DNA from: a bacterium
GTDB taxonomy: Bacteria; SZUA-182; DTGQ01; JAFGSM01
Assembly: GCA_049472335.1 (NCBI GenBank)
Contig: JBLIRO010000018.1
Location: 1-64,000, forward strand
DNA: 64,000 nt
Direction: 5' to 3'
Part shown: piece by piece, positions 9,550-20,606 of the stretch
Position numbering within the stretch: the stretch's first letter is position 1
Layout of the letters: every line of letters begins with the position of its first letter
Program-made: the position numbers and the translations under genes
The notes under the pieces: model-generated
The model's input: the letters and a program-made list of their open reading frames with translations, nothing else
The model's database searches: none
What the model was told of the DNA's origin: nothing

Positions 9550-11223
9550 ATGTCACAGAAAATTATTATCGATCCTATTACCAGAATAGAAGGGCATCTC
9601 CGGATCGAGGTGGAGGTAAACAGCAATAACGAAGTTACCGATGCCTGGAGTTCCGCCACTATGTGGAGGGGGATAGAGATTATTCTGAAGGGAAGAGATC
9701 CGAGGGACGCGGGTCTTATTACCCAGAGGTTCTGTGGAGTATGTACATATTCACACTATGAAGCCGCAACTTTAGCTGTAGAAAATGCCATAGGGATTAT
9801 TCCTCCTAAAAATGCAAGAATAATAAGAAATCTGATTAAAGGGTCTCAATACCTTCATGATAAATTAGTCCATTTTTATCATCTCCATGGTCTTGATTGG
9901 GTGGATATTGTGAGCGCCCTATCCGCAGATCCTAAAAAAGCGGTCGAACTTGCCCGCAGCATTAATGACGATCCATATAACTGTTCAGTTAGCCATTATC
10001 AATCTGTTCAAAAACGCCTGGATGCGTTTGTCCGGTCCGGCCGTTTGGGACCATTTGCCCATGCGTATTGGGGCAATCCCTCCTTCAAACTCCCCCCTGA
10101 GGCAAATCTGATAATTGCCTCTCATTATCTGGATGCCTTGACTGTACAAAGGGTGGCAGCACAAATGATGGCCATATTTGGCGGTAAAAATCCCCATCCC
10201 CAGACTCTGGTGGTCGGTGGTGTGACTTGTGTAATGGATGCCCTTGACGCACATAGAATCGGACAGTATCTCTATAGGTTAAAGGAAGTCAAAAGGTTTT
10301 ATGAAACAGCCTATTTACCTGATGTTTTACTGGCTGCCCAGTATTACCAGGATGAAGGGGCAGCCGGGATTGGAGCGGGCACTAAGAACTATATTGCCTA
10401 TGGTGGATTCCCCCTCGATGATAGCTGGTATGAAACCCTATTGCCCAGGGGAATTGTCATGAATGGCGATTTGAGCAGGGCATATGATATCGATGAGCGA
10501 CTTATTACCGAGAATGTAACACACTCCTGGTATGAAGGAGATTCTGATTTACATCCGTATAAAGGTGAAACCAGGCCTGATTATACCGGTTTTGATTCTA
10601 ACGGTCACCTCCGGGGTGATGAAAAATATAGCTGGGTAAAGGCCCCGCGGTATGATAAAAAACCTATGGAGGTTGGGCCTTTAGCCAGAATGATAGTTGG
10701 ATATGCCAAGGAGGACAAAAGAGTCAGGGATCTGGTTGATCAATTTTTGGATATTTCCGGTATTGAAGCCAATGTCTTGTTCTCTACCCTGGGAAGAACG
10801 GCTGCTCGATGTATTGAGGGTATACTTATAGCCAATAATATCCATGGCTGGGTTAATGAAATGGTAGCCAACATTAAGAGTGGAGATCAAAGGACCTGGG
10901 AAAGATGCGACATCCCTGACACTGCTGAAGGCAGGGGGATGACCGCGGTACCACGGGGCGCCCTTGGCCATTGGGTGAGAATCGAAAATAAAAAGATAGC
11001 CAATTACCAGGCCATTGTTCCTTCTACCTGGAATGCCTCCCCAAGGGATGATGAGGACAAGAGAGGTCCATATGAGGAATCACTGATCGGGATAAAACTT
11101 GCCGATATTGACCAGCCATTGGAGATCATCCGGACAATTCACTCATTTGATCCGTGTCTGGCGTGCGCCGTCCATATTATCGATCCCAGGACGAATGAAA
11201 TCAAAAAATTTAAAATTCAATAA
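9550..11223 (+). CDS. hyaB: [NiFe] hydrogenase large subunit
   Basis: DPITRIEGH, QRFCGVC (L1), DPCLACAVH (L2) with cleavable C-terminal tail. Confidence 0.98.
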   Translation: MSQKIIIDPITRIEGHLRIEVEVNSNNEVTDAWSSATMWRGIEIILKGRDPRDAGLITQRFCGVCTYSHYEAATLAVENAIGIIPPKNARIIRNLIKGSQYLHDKLVHFYHLHGLDWVDIVSALSADPKKAVELARSINDDPYNCSVSHYQSVQKRLDAFVRSGRLGPFAHAYWGNPSFKLPPEANLIIASHYLDALTVQRVAAQMMAIFGGKNPHPQTLVVGGVTCVMDALDAHRIGQYLYRLKEVKRFYETAYLPDVLLAAQYYQDEGAAGIGAGTKNYIAYGGFPLDDSWYETLLPRGIVMNGDLSRAYDIDERLITENVTHSWYEGDSDLHPYKGETRPDYTGFDSNGHLRGDEKYSWVKAPRYDKKPMEVGPLARMIVGYAKEDKRVRDLVDQFLDISGIEANVLFSTLGRTAARCIEGILIANNIHGWVNEMVANIKSGDQRTWERCDIPDTAEGRGMTAVPRGALGHWVRIENKKIANYQAIVPSTWNASPRDDEDKRGPYEESLIGIKLADIDQPLEIIRTIHSFDPCLACAVHIIDPRTNEIKKFKIQ

Positions 11224-11237
11224 GATGGGGAATCCTA

Positions 11238-11960
11238 ATGATGAAAAAGAATAAAGGGTCAATAAAGAACAAACCTTTACGCTTTGCTGAAAAACACTGG
11301 TCCGAAGCCCTCTGTATAAATCACTGGGCTATGGCTGTTTCTATTTTTATATTAATAATTACCGGGATCTACATTACTGAACCCTTTACCATAGGTTCCG
11401 GTGAAACATGTCAAAAATTCCTCATGGCACATGTGCGATTTGCCCACCTCGTTTTCGGCCTTCTCTTGGTTGTCCTGTTTGTATGGAGGGTTTATCTGGC
11501 TTTTTTCTCTAACTTCCACCCTGACTGGAAGGACTTCTTTGCCTGGCTTAATCCCAAAACCACCTGGCACTCTATCAAGTTTTATACCCTGGTCACCATT
11601 GATCCACCGGAGCACACAGGCTTATACGGATCACTACAAGCTGCGGCCTATCTTTTTCTGTTTCTAATCGTTTTTATTGAAGTCGTTACAGGTCTGGTCC
11701 TGTATGGAGCCCTGCATCAGGCCGGACTCGCCGGTTTTCTTTATGTGGTGTTTGGCCCTGTGGAAAAATGTATCTTCGGAGGTTTGGCAGGCGCCCGGTA
11801 TACTCATCATATTTTAACCTGGTTATTTATTATTTTTATCATGATCCATGTCTATCTTTCTTTTTGGTATGACCGGGTCTTTAAACAGGGCACCATTTCT
11901 TCAATTGTAAACGGACATTTTTTTAAAGAGGCAGAAGACCATCATTTTAAGGAAAAATAA
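11238..11960 (+). CDS. hyaC: Ni/Fe-hydrogenase b-type cytochrome subunit
   Basis: Four TM helices with conserved His (NHW, AHL, HH, IHVY); follows the large subunit. Confidence 0.92.
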   Translation: MMKKNKGSIKNKPLRFAEKHWSEALCINHWAMAVSIFILIITGIYITEPFTIGSGETCQKFLMAHVRFAHLVFGLLLVVLFVWRVYLAFFSNFHPDWKDFFAWLNPKTTWHSIKFYTLVTIDPPEHTGLYGSLQAAAYLFLFLIVFIEVVTGLVLYGALHQAGLAGFLYVVFGPVEKCIFGGLAGARYTHHILTWLFIIFIMIHVYLSFWYDRVFKQGTISSIVNGHFFKEAEDHHFKEK

Positions 11961-11995
11961 TAAATTCTCATTATTTGGTATTCGCGTTAAAATGT

Positions 11996-12487
11996 TCATT
12001 TTTTAATTTGAATAGGGATTCCAAGCGCTGTTATCTCTTTTTTTATCAATTCTTCCACCTTGAGGAGACTTTTCTTTACTCTCGCGGTCATTTCAAAACC
12101 AGTATTTATAATATCTTCCGGAACCACCGCAATGATTGTTGTCCTGGGGGCCTCTCCAATCATATCAGCCTTGAGCAATAGATCCAGGAACTCAACCTCG
12201 TGAGCACTGACATTATACTGCAACGTTGTCGGAATGGCATCCGGATTAAACTTGTATACAGTGCCGGGTTCCTCATTCGTTTTTACAGTGTCGACGACCA
12301 GTAAATTCTCCGTCTGACAGATCAGATCCATCAACATATATCCAAGTGTTCCGCCATCTATAATTGGAACATCTTCAGGAAGGCAATATCGCTCCTGAAA
12401 GTCCCGGACAAAATGAATACCGAATCCCTCATCCTTAAACAAGACGTTTCCCAAACCTAATATAATTAATCTATATTTTTTACCCAT
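11996..12487 (-). CDS. hyaD: Hydrogenase maturation protease
   Basis: ILGLGNVLFKDEGFG, DGGT, SAHE motifs; likely start MGKKYRL at 12487. Confidence 0.93.
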   Translation of the reverse strand: MGKKYRLIILGLGNVLFKDEGFGIHFVRDFQERYCLPEDVPIIDGGTLGYMLMDLICQTENLLVVDTVKTNEEPGTVYKFNPDAIPTTLQYNVSAHEVEFLDLLLKADMIGEAPRTTIIAVVPEDIINTGFEMTARVKKSLLKVEELIKKEITALGIPIQIKK

Positions 12488-13144
12488 ATCGAAATATTTT
12501 ATTAACGCAAATGGCTCTTTTGACCCTATTGCCTTATCCAGACATTGGCACAAAGGCTTTTCATGAATTAAAGGCAATCCCTAACAGACTAATAATATAC
12601 AAAAATGGGGGCGGGATCAAAAAGGTTTCATCCAATTAATATATATTATTGATCAAATGTCCAGATCAATATAAACCATAATGGATCATTATACTTTCAT
12701 ACATTATTATCTAATTACCCATAATGATTATGGCACCACAATTTTAATATTATTGACAAAATGGGATATTATATATTATAATAAAATTGTTTACAGTTCC
12801 AATTTAAACCTGAATAAAATAATTGAAATATATGCAATCTATTGAGAATTCGGTTTTTAATGGCCTGATCATCCAACTCATCTGTTTCTACCTTTTGCTT
12901 TTGATTAGCAAAATCCAGTAACCTTGTATTTGAAATAACATAAGATCATAAGCAGATCAGACAATATTTTTTAGTTTGAAAAATGCCCTCACAATTCACC
13001 ACGGGGAAATTTTTGCTGATTAAATTGCCAATTTACATCAAAGCAAGCTAAGCGACATAGCGGGTATGGAATGAAAATCATTCTTGTATAGCAACGCGCG
13101 CTTGGCATAACCAATCAGGGGGACAAGAAACAGGAGGTGTGATA

Positions 13145-13297
13145 ATGTTAGAAAACAGCTTATCCTCACAATTTCGAAGGTTAAGATTAAAACATGCATT
13201 ATCAGAGCTCGAAAAAATCCAAAGGGATATACAAACCGAACTTAATCAAACGGTTCAAACCTCTTACAGCCATGAATTACAGGTCAACGAAGGATAA
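13145..13297 (+). CDS. Small hypothetical protein (50 aa, coiled-coil-like)
   Basis: Strong RBS aggaggtg; MLENSLSSQFRRLRLKHALSELEKIQRDIQTELNQ...; stop adjoins the RBS of the next gene. Confidence 0.55.
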   Translation: MLENSLSSQFRRLRLKHALSELEKIQRDIQTELNQTVQTSYSHELQVNEG

Positions 13298-13305
13298 AGG
13301 AGATT

Positions 13306-13767
13306 ATGGGAGATAACATGGTTTCTATAGAAGATGTATCTCAAACCTTTGATGTAAAATTCTCAATCGAGCAAATCACTCAACTTTTAACAAACACTTA
13401 CTATGAAAAGACACTTCAAAATTGCAAACACACCCATATTCTATTTCCCGGATACCCTATAACAATTTATGAAATATCCTGCCAAAAACCCGATCTTCTC
13501 ATCTGCGATTGTGATTGTCGTGAAGGATTCTGGTATGATTACAAAGACTTCATATATAAAGATACCCCTCAGTGCAGGTGGTATCTTGTCAAAAAAGATC
13601 TGATATTCAATAATCCGGTCCCACAGATCAATGAAGATGAAGAGATGCTCAGCCCCGTAGAAATCATATTTATGATCTTGTTGTTCCAACAGGTCAATAA
13701 TATCAAAATATTTTCGAATGCCTATCTGAGATGTTTTAAAAAGGATTACCCCTACAACGTCATTTAG
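13306..13767 (+). CDS. Hypothetical protein
   Basis: RBS aaggag; 153-aa ORF; no family recognised. Confidence 0.55.
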   Translation: MGDNMVSIEDVSQTFDVKFSIEQITQLLTNTYYEKTLQNCKHTHILFPGYPITIYEISCQKPDLLICDCDCREGFWYDYKDFIYKDTPQCRWYLVKKDLIFNNPVPQINEDEEMLSPVEIIFMILLFQQVNNIKIFSNAYLRCFKKDYPYNVI

Positions 13768-14028
13768 CTTTTTTAATGCGATATATTGTGGCAAATAACC
13801 AGGAATAGCCACTATATATTGAGTCAAATTTATGAAGTGACGTTGTAGTATTACCGACTCGGAGAAGAACTATTCAGCAATGCCTATATCGATACCTTTA
13901 AGCAGGCTATAAAAATCTTTCATCCTTTTAATTATCAACCTGTATATCCTCAGGCTATTGTGATCTCCAGGAAACCTCCTTATTTACATTAAACCCAAAT
14001 CCTGAATTAGATCGCTTAAATTCGGTCT

Positions 14029-14502
14029 TTATAAAAACAGGCTCTGAAGCAAGGCAAAGAGAAGCGGATTTGCCATGCTAAGGGCTCCTTCATATAAGGC
14101 GCTGGCATAAATGGTCGCCAAGAGTGACAATAATGGCGGAGGTGATGTGGATACCACAGGCACAGTCGGAGTGCTTGCCACTGTTGGATTAATGACGCTA
14201 ATAATCCCAGCCGTCGGATTGGAGACAATAATTGTGGCTGCTCCGACCCTTGTCAGTGGAGAAAAAGCAGGCATACTGGAATAAGGGATCGGGGGATAAC
14301 CCATGGTTAAAGGTGCCGTAGAAGGAAAAATCTGTGGAATGGGTGAAAAGGGATACAAAAGGGGATTAATCCCCCATTGGAAATACTGAGGGAATAAAAA
14401 TGGACCTTGCGCTGTTCCTTCTGATGCCAGGCCAAAAACAATAATCATAATTGCCACTAAAATCAAAATATGGATAACACTATCTTTTATTCTCATCAGC
14501 AA
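14029..14502 (-). CDS. Secreted Pro/aromatic-rich low-complexity protein
   Basis: RBS aggagg; signal peptide ..TA|QGPF; Pro/Phe/Tyr-rich; RVGAATII motif; hydrophobic C-terminus. Confidence 0.75.
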   Translation of the reverse strand: MLMRIKDSVIHILILVAIMIIVFGLASEGTAQGPFLFPQYFQWGINPLLYPFSPIPQIFPSTAPLTMGYPPIPYSSMPAFSPLTRVGAATIIVSNPTAGIISVINPTVASTPTVPVVSTSPPPLLSLLATIYASALYEGALSMANPLLFALLQSLFL

Positions 14503-14572
14503 AACCTCCTATTACTATGATTTTAAATATACAATTCCTATCTTATTCCTATTAATAAAATAATAAATCCCA

Positions 14573-14953
14573 TCAATGTAAAGTAAAATAAAGCAGCAGG
14601 AATACCAGGGTGCTTGGAGTCAGATTTAGTGTACCCAAAGGGGCTGAAGCAGTAACTGTATTTGTGGCCGTTGGAATGGTGACTATGGTCGCATTGGCAA
14701 TCCTGGGTAAAGAAAAAGAAGGAATAGAAGCAAAGGGGATCGAAAGTGGTAAAGGTGGATAACCAGGCAATGTAGGTATTGGAGGCACATACGGATTATA
14801 AAACGGAAAAGGTGGAAAATAGGAATAAGACGTGCCGGATGTCCAGGGAAAATAAACGCTCTGGGCAAAGCACAATCCTGAAAATGAAACACAAAGCAGA
14901 ATAATTAAGGCAATTAAAACAAGCCTTGAAAATAAATGAGACGAATACATCAT
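14573..14953 (-). CDS. Secreted Pro/aromatic-rich low-complexity protein
   Basis: RBS aaggagg; signal peptide ..CFA|QSVYFPW; RIANATIV motif; hydrophobic C-terminus. Confidence 0.75.
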   Translation of the reverse strand: MMYSSHLFSRLVLIALIILLCVSFSGLCFAQSVYFPWTSGTSYSYFPPFPFYNPYVPPIPTLPGYPPLPLSIPFASIPSFSLPRIANATIVTIPTATNTVTASAPLGTLNLTPSTLVFLLLYFTLH

Positions 14954-15751
14954 TGAACCTCCTTATAAATAAGATTGAAAATTTTCCCTGTTAGGAGCAA
15001 ACCTAAATATCTAGCTTAAGCTTAGGCTTGAAAAAAATGTAATAAATTTAGGTTTTGGTTTAGGGTTGGTAAAAATTCTTCTTCAAAAATAATTTATAAA
15101 CAAAAAATTTTATCTATCCATTATTAATGAATCCTCACCATTCCAAATTGCGAGATATAAAAATAGAATTATATATATCAACAAAATAAAAGCTTATATG
15201 AATCAGGCTCTTAAAGTTGATAAGTTTAGAAAATTAAGAATTAAAAATTGAATTTATCTCATAAAATCATTTTATATATTAAATACTATAAATTGATTAA
15301 TTTGTCAATAGCATTTTTTTGTTATATGAATATTTAATTACTTTATTTTTTTTAAATACTCAAATAATAATTGTATTATTTTTTAAAAAATATAATATCT
15401 ATAATACCTGAAATAATTAATTCTTTTTATTTAAATATTTTTTTTATACTATTTATAAAATTTTTATTACATTAATATCTTTAAAGGCTGGCTTTCTTTT
15501 TTTAACCAGGATCTTAGATTTGAAATTGTCGCGAGACGCTGAAAAATCTTAACAGACAGAGCAAAAAGACCATTTTACTGAATGAATATTGAAATATTTC
15601 AATTTCAAAATCGTTCAGAGCAACACTGTATCGAAGATGATTTTAAGTCTTATTAGATTCCAAATATAAGACTCGGGTTTAAAGAAAATTTATGGATTAA
15701 ATTAAATTCCTTTCAGATTCATCTGTTTCAGATTAATAATCCTCAGATGAA

Positions 15752-16447
15752 TTATTCCTTTTCGAATGCTTCTTTGGGAGCGTTACAGACCGGACAAACC
15801 CAATCTTCAGGAAGGTTTTCAAATTTGGTTCCGGGGCTGATCCCACGTTCAGGGTCTCCTTTCTCCGGATCATAGATATAACCACAAACAGTACAGATAT
15901 ATTTTCCCAAACCTTTTTTTTCAACCTTCCTTCTGGCATCCATTATGCCGCTGTAAGTAGGGGCGTTTTTGGGCGAAATACCGCCTTTGACTTTATGATA
16001 ATATTCATATGTCAAGGGTTTTTCATCATTGAGGATATCTGCATCCTTTACCTTCCCGATAAAAATTGTGTGGGTGTGAACATCAATTTTATTAATTATG
16101 GTTGCCTCTATATATGCCAGGGTGTAATCAAGAACAATAGGGATCTCTGTAATGCCAATTTTGTAATTGATGTTTTTGAATTTGTCTATATCTCGTCCTG
16201 ATTTGAAACCAAAGGTGCCTATGAAGGGCATAGGCGTTTGTTCACTGAGGATGGACACGGTACACGAGTTGCTATGGGTGATATATTCGTGGGTAAGATT
16301 TTTTTTATTGATACTTATGGCAATGGTTTGTGGCTCTGAGGTTACCTGGAAAAGGGCGTTTGCAATCTGGCCGTTGATTTTTTTGCCGATTCTTGAGCTG
16401 ATAATATAAAGTCCGTAGGATATTTTATGGAGCGCTTTTGGATTCAT
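15752..16447 (-). CDS. Flavin reductase-rubredoxin fusion (high-molecular-weight rubredoxin type)
   Basis: [27 protein letters not shown]-terminal [12 protein letters not shown]...WVCPVC. Confidence 0.92.
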   Translation of the reverse strand: MNPKALHKISYGLYIISSRIGKKINGQIANALFQVTSEPQTIAISINKKNLTHEYITHSNSCTVSILSEQTPMPFIGTFGFKSGRDIDKFKNINYKIGITEIPIVLDYTLAYIEATIINKIDVHTHTIFIGKVKDADILNDEKPLTYEYYHKVKGGISPKNAPTYSGIMDARRKVEKKGLGKYICTVCGYIYDPEKGDPERGISPGTKFENLPEDWVCPVCNAPKEAFEKE

Positions 16448-16724
16448 AAGCCTGTCATACCTCCCTTTTGATATTTTTCCATTTCAGATACCTTTCAAAC
16501 AGTAGCCTGTTTCGTAGATATTGTAGCTAATGTTTTCAACTTTGTCGATATTTTTCGATGAAATCTAAAATTGAAATATCAGATCTTTTGATTGTATTAT
16601 ATTCAATACGAGAAGATTTTTAAAACGGGTTTCTTTCTCATATTTAAAGACCTGATCTGACTCAAGCTTTTGCAAACAATTAAGATGCTATAAAAATTGA
16701 ATTTTTTAAAAAAGGAGAAACACG

Positions 16725-17048
16725 ATGAAAATGCGCAATCTTTACATTCTTCTATGTGTGATTGGTATAATACTGCCTTATACTCAGTTTGTACCTTTTG
16801 TATTAACGTACGGATGGAATTTGCAGATCTTCTTTCAACAACTTCTAGTCAATAAAATAAGCATTGCCTTTTCCTTAGATCTCATTGTTGCCGCCATTGT
16901 TTTTATCATTTTTGTATTCGCGGAGGGCACACGACTGAGGATGCGCAGATTATGGTTACCAATCACCGCCACCCTTGCCGTCGGACTCTCATTGGGATTT
17001 CCTCTGTTCCTTTTCATGAGGGAAATTCATTTAAAAAAGGCCTCCTAA
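16725..17048 (+). CDS. Small membrane protein (DUF2834-like)
   Basis: Three TM segments; VGLSLGFPLFLFMRE motif. Confidence 0.8.
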   Translation: MKMRNLYILLCVIGIILPYTQFVPFVLTYGWNLQIFFQQLLVNKISIAFSLDLIVAAIVFIIFVFAEGTRLRMRRLWLPITATLAVGLSLGFPLFLFMREIHLKKAS

Positions 17049-17254
17049 TGGTGTGTTTTTAAAATTAAACGCGCAAATTATTATTATAAACCGTTAAAAG
17101 TTTCCGTTCTTATTTATTATTTTACTCTTTATTTATTCTTTTTATTAATATTATAAATTTTTTTTCAAATAATTATAAATAATGGTATACTATAACTAGT
17201 ACTACCACCACTTAAAGTTCAATACAAAAAATAACATTTAAAAGGAGGGCTGCT

Positions 17255-18004
17255 ATGGTATTCCGCAAGAAAATAATTTTTTTAAGTATTAGTGTTATTT
17301 TTCTGCTAGTTTTTTCTTTGAAAAAGTTTGCCTCAAATCAACCGCTTCCATGGAGCTGGCCTCCTCAATATCCTTTTCCCGGTTTTCTTCAATATCCCAT
17401 ATCCACATGGCCTCAGCCCGGTATAATTCCATCTATCAATTATCCTCAATCATCGGGCTGGCCTTTATATCAACCAATTCCGTCATATTCCCCTCCACCG
17501 GGAGGGACCTCTGCATCATCACCCGGCTGTCCTGTGGGCCTGGTATCAGGTTTAACCTTTGATGAAGAGTTCGGGCCCGGTACAAGCCAAATTACACGCT
17601 GTCTTATATTTCGTTACACAATCAAGCTGGTGCTCTGGATCAAGGATTTTGAAATTAATCCTGGCAGGTCACGAATATCCCCAATATTCAATATGATAGA
17701 TGATTATAGAATCACTCACGGCACAACTGATTTCAAGATAGCAACCCTTGTAAATATGGAAGGCGCATGGTTGATGCTCAACAGAAACGCTGCCAACCCG
17801 CATCCTAATGCCGCCGTAAATATATATCAGCCCCTTGTGGAAGATCTGATCGCAAAGGGTGTAAAATTCTATTTGTGAATGCAGTCTTCACGATCCAGGG
17901 GGATCAAAAGCTTTCATCTTATACCGGGTGTACAATTCGTTCCGATTGCTCCGACTGCTGTTGCCGATTTTCAAAGGATGGATTATCAATACCTTCAGAT
18001 GTGA
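17255..18004 (+). CDS. Secreted DsrE/DsrF-like protein, probable selenoprotein (Sec at TGA 17876-17878)
   Basis: Paralogue of 3469; GVKFYL-TGA then in-frame MQSSRSRGIKSFHLIPGVQFVPIAPTAVADFQRMDYQYLQM to TGA 18002-18004. Confidence 0.85.
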
Positions 18005-18295
18005 TGGAAATTCCTAAGGAATACAAATTGATTGTTTATGTTTGACAGGCAGTCACAAACACTCATTATTTTTTAATTTTTTTTAGGCAATCATGATTTA
18101 GCTCAATCATGAAAAGTCTAAAAATCCGTATTATTATTTCTCTAGCCAAAATTGGCTTCTTGCCTTGCCTGTGAAGCTTCTACGGTTTCTAATGACAAAT
18201 TAAAATGCAAGATCTGGGTTGAAATGACGATAAAAATATTATATATTAAAGAAAATAAGTTAATTTAAGTTAAAATAGGATAAATTAAGGAATCC

Positions 18296-18991
18296 ATGCA
18301 AAAAAAAATAATGACCACAAAGGAGTTGGCTGAATATATAAAATTGAATGAAAAAACAGTCATAAAAATGGCACAAAGCGGGGATCTGCCCGGGAAAAAG
18401 ATTGGAAATCAATGGCGCTTTCATTTAATGGCCATTGATAACTTTTTACAGGATAACATAATGAAATCCTCCGATGAAGATCTCAATACATTGATAAGGA
18501 CCACAGAAACCAATATCCCTTTATCCAGACTAACAATCCCCCCTCTCATCAATTTATATTTAAAATCAAATAATCGGGAGGAAGTTTTATTTGAAATTGC
18601 AAAAATTGCCTATGAATCCGGATTAACTCCCTCAATAAAAATTTTATTCGAAGGGTTAAAGAAGAGAGAAAGGATGTTAAGTACGGCTGTTGGAGACGGT
18701 ATTGCAATTCCTCATCCTCGACACCCCAGTAATAAATTGTTCAAAACACCTAACATAGTAATTTGTCGCACCCAAAAGGGGATAAATTTTGACGCTCCAG
18801 ATAACAAAAAAGTACATCTGTTTTTTTTGATATGCGCTCCGGATGTTTGTATACATTTAAGATTATTGGCAAAGGTTTCAAAATTGCTTCATGCGAAAAA
18901 TATTATTCAAAAATTTATGGAAGCGTATTCAGGGGAAGAGGTTATAAAAATATTATTGGAATTTGAAAGACAGGTTATTTACCCTATTTGA
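18296..18991 (+). CDS. Excisionase-like HTH fused to PTS EIIA (PtsN/fructose-type) domain
   Basis: MTTKELAEYIKL..KIGNQWRF HTH; STAVGDGIAIPHPR phospho-His motif. Confidence 0.9.
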   Translation: MQKKIMTTKELAEYIKLNEKTVIKMAQSGDLPGKKIGNQWRFHLMAIDNFLQDNIMKSSDEDLNTLIRTTETNIPLSRLTIPPLINLYLKSNNREEVLFEIAKIAYESGLTPSIKILFEGLKKRERMLSTAVGDGIAIPHPRHPSNKLFKTPNIVICRTQKGINFDAPDNKKVHLFFLICAPDVCIHLRLLAKVSKLLHAKNIIQKFMEAYSGEEVIKILLEFERQVIYPI

Positions 18992-19044
18992 ATGTAAAAA
19001 AAAATTTAAAATCACTTGTTTTCTAGCTATTCGGAGGCGAAAGC

Positions 19045-19884
19045 ATGTTACTAATTGTAATGCATAAAAAAAGGGAATACCTTGATTATTTATTCTCAAT
19101 TATGAAAAAGAAGAAAATGGGCGATCCTACCATTATTCAAAAGGAAGGGATCGGAAGCGTTCTATTTGGTGACAGAGAAAGTGCGGTAAGGCATTTTGGC
19201 GGATTTTCAAAAGAATATAATCATGCTCTGGTTTCTATTGTAAATGGCAATGAAATAGCAGATTACTTAATGGAATTAATGAAAAATGATCCTGAATTAA
19301 AATTTGCCAATTTTGAGGAAAAGGGATTTATCTGCACGGTCCCTTTTGATCAAATCAAATCATTGGAGCTAAAATTAATTTCGATTAAAAAGGGAGAATA
19401 TCCAATGAACATAATAGATTATCTTGCTCCTGAAAACATTCTGCTTGATTTAAAAGCACAAAATAAAGAGGATGCAATAAAGGAAATCGCCGTTCTTTTG
19501 AAGAATAAACCGGAAGTAACCAATTACGAGATATTTCTGCAAGATATTTTCGAAAGAGAAAAACTGGCTTCAACCGGGATAGGGAATGAAGTTGCTTTAC
19601 CTCATGCAAGAACTGACGCTGTTGAAGATTTTGTAATTGCCTTTGGCAGATCAAAAAAAGGGATAGATTTTGATTCAATAGATGGCAAAAAAGCGAAGCT
19701 TGTATTCGTTATGGGCACTCCCCAAAAAAAGGGCTTAAAGCTATATTTAAGGATCCTGGCTCATATAAACAGGCTGTTAAAAAAAGAGGCTTTTAGAGCC
19801 TCTCTGATGGATGCCTCCAATTTTAAAGACATTATTAATACTTTCAGTCAAATTGAAAAAGATGTTTCATATGCATTAAAATAA
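19045..19884 (+). CDS. P-II-like N-terminal domain fused to PTS EIIA (PtsN-like)
   Basis: C-terminal STGIGNEVALPHAR; N-terminal TIIQKEGIG...GFICTVP resembles a P-II-like fold. Confidence 0.8.
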   Translation: MLLIVMHKKREYLDYLFSIMKKKKMGDPTIIQKEGIGSVLFGDRESAVRHFGGFSKEYNHALVSIVNGNEIADYLMELMKNDPELKFANFEEKGFICTVPFDQIKSLELKLISIKKGEYPMNIIDYLAPENILLDLKAQNKEDAIKEIAVLLKNKPEVTNYEIFLQDIFEREKLASTGIGNEVALPHARTDAVEDFVIAFGRSKKGIDFDSIDGKKAKLVFVMGTPQKKGLKLYLRILAHINRLLKKEAFRASLMDASNFKDIINTFSQIEKDVSYALK

Positions 19885-19900
19885 CGTCCGATATCTAAAA

Positions 19901-20599
19901 ATGAAGGGGCCTGAGATATTAAATGGCTCAAACAGGGAGAGCTTCAAGGGTATGTATTTTCTAATTATCGGTTGCGGCAGATTAGGGGCAGAGCTGGCAT
20001 TCAAGCTTTCTGATGAAGGACATGATGTTGTGGTCATTGATAAAGACAACAAGGCTTTCAATAGGCTTGGGTCGTCGTTTAATGGTATGACGATTACTGG
20101 AAATGGTTTCGACTGTGAAGTTCTCGAAAACGCGGGCATCAAACAAGCAGATGCATTGGCCGCAGTAACAAATGAAGACAACACCAATATTATCGCTGTT
20201 CAAATTGCCAAACAGATATATCAAGTCCCGAATGTCCTGGCCCGTGTATATGATCCCAAAAAAGCGAATACGTATAACAAGCTGGGCCTTGAGATCATCG
20301 GCAGCACTACGGTCCTTGCCCGAATGTTCCGTGACCGTTTTATTGAGAATAATATAGAAAAAACAATCGCTCCATATCACGGCAGGATTGAATTATATAA
20401 TCTCGAAGTAAAAAGGCCTTTGGCAGGAAAACTGGTAAAGGATCTTAATGAGCCCGGGCTTTTTATTTTATTCATGGTCATCACTAAAGGTCAGATGATA
20501 CTGCCGCTACCGGATTATGCTTTAATGGAAGGTGATAAAATTATAGGAGTGGGAACGGTTGAAGGGCGGGAAAAAATCCATGCCATGCTTTGGGAGTAA
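19901..20599 (+). CDS. trkA: TrkA/KtrA RCK potassium uptake regulatory subunit
   Basis: IIGCGRLG, DNTNI, ARVYDP. Confidence 0.92.
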   Translation: MKGPEILNGSNRESFKGMYFLIIGCGRLGAELAFKLSDEGHDVVVIDKDNKAFNRLGSSFNGMTITGNGFDCEVLENAGIKQADALAAVTNEDNTNIIAVQIAKQIYQVPNVLARVYDPKKANTYNKLGLEIIGSTTVLARMFRDRFIENNIEKTIAPYHGRIELYNLEVKRPLAGKLVKDLNEPGLFILFMVITKGQMILPLPDYALMEGDKIIGVGTVEGREKIHAMLWE

Positions 20600-20606
20600 A
20601 GGTTAA

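Noticed and set aside
15070..15480. Very AT-rich stretch as replication origin
   Set aside because: No DnaA-box cluster or replication genes seen; more likely promoter region
18296..18460. Prophage/ICE excisionase
   Set aside because: HTH is fused to an EIIA domain and no integrase or phage genes are present
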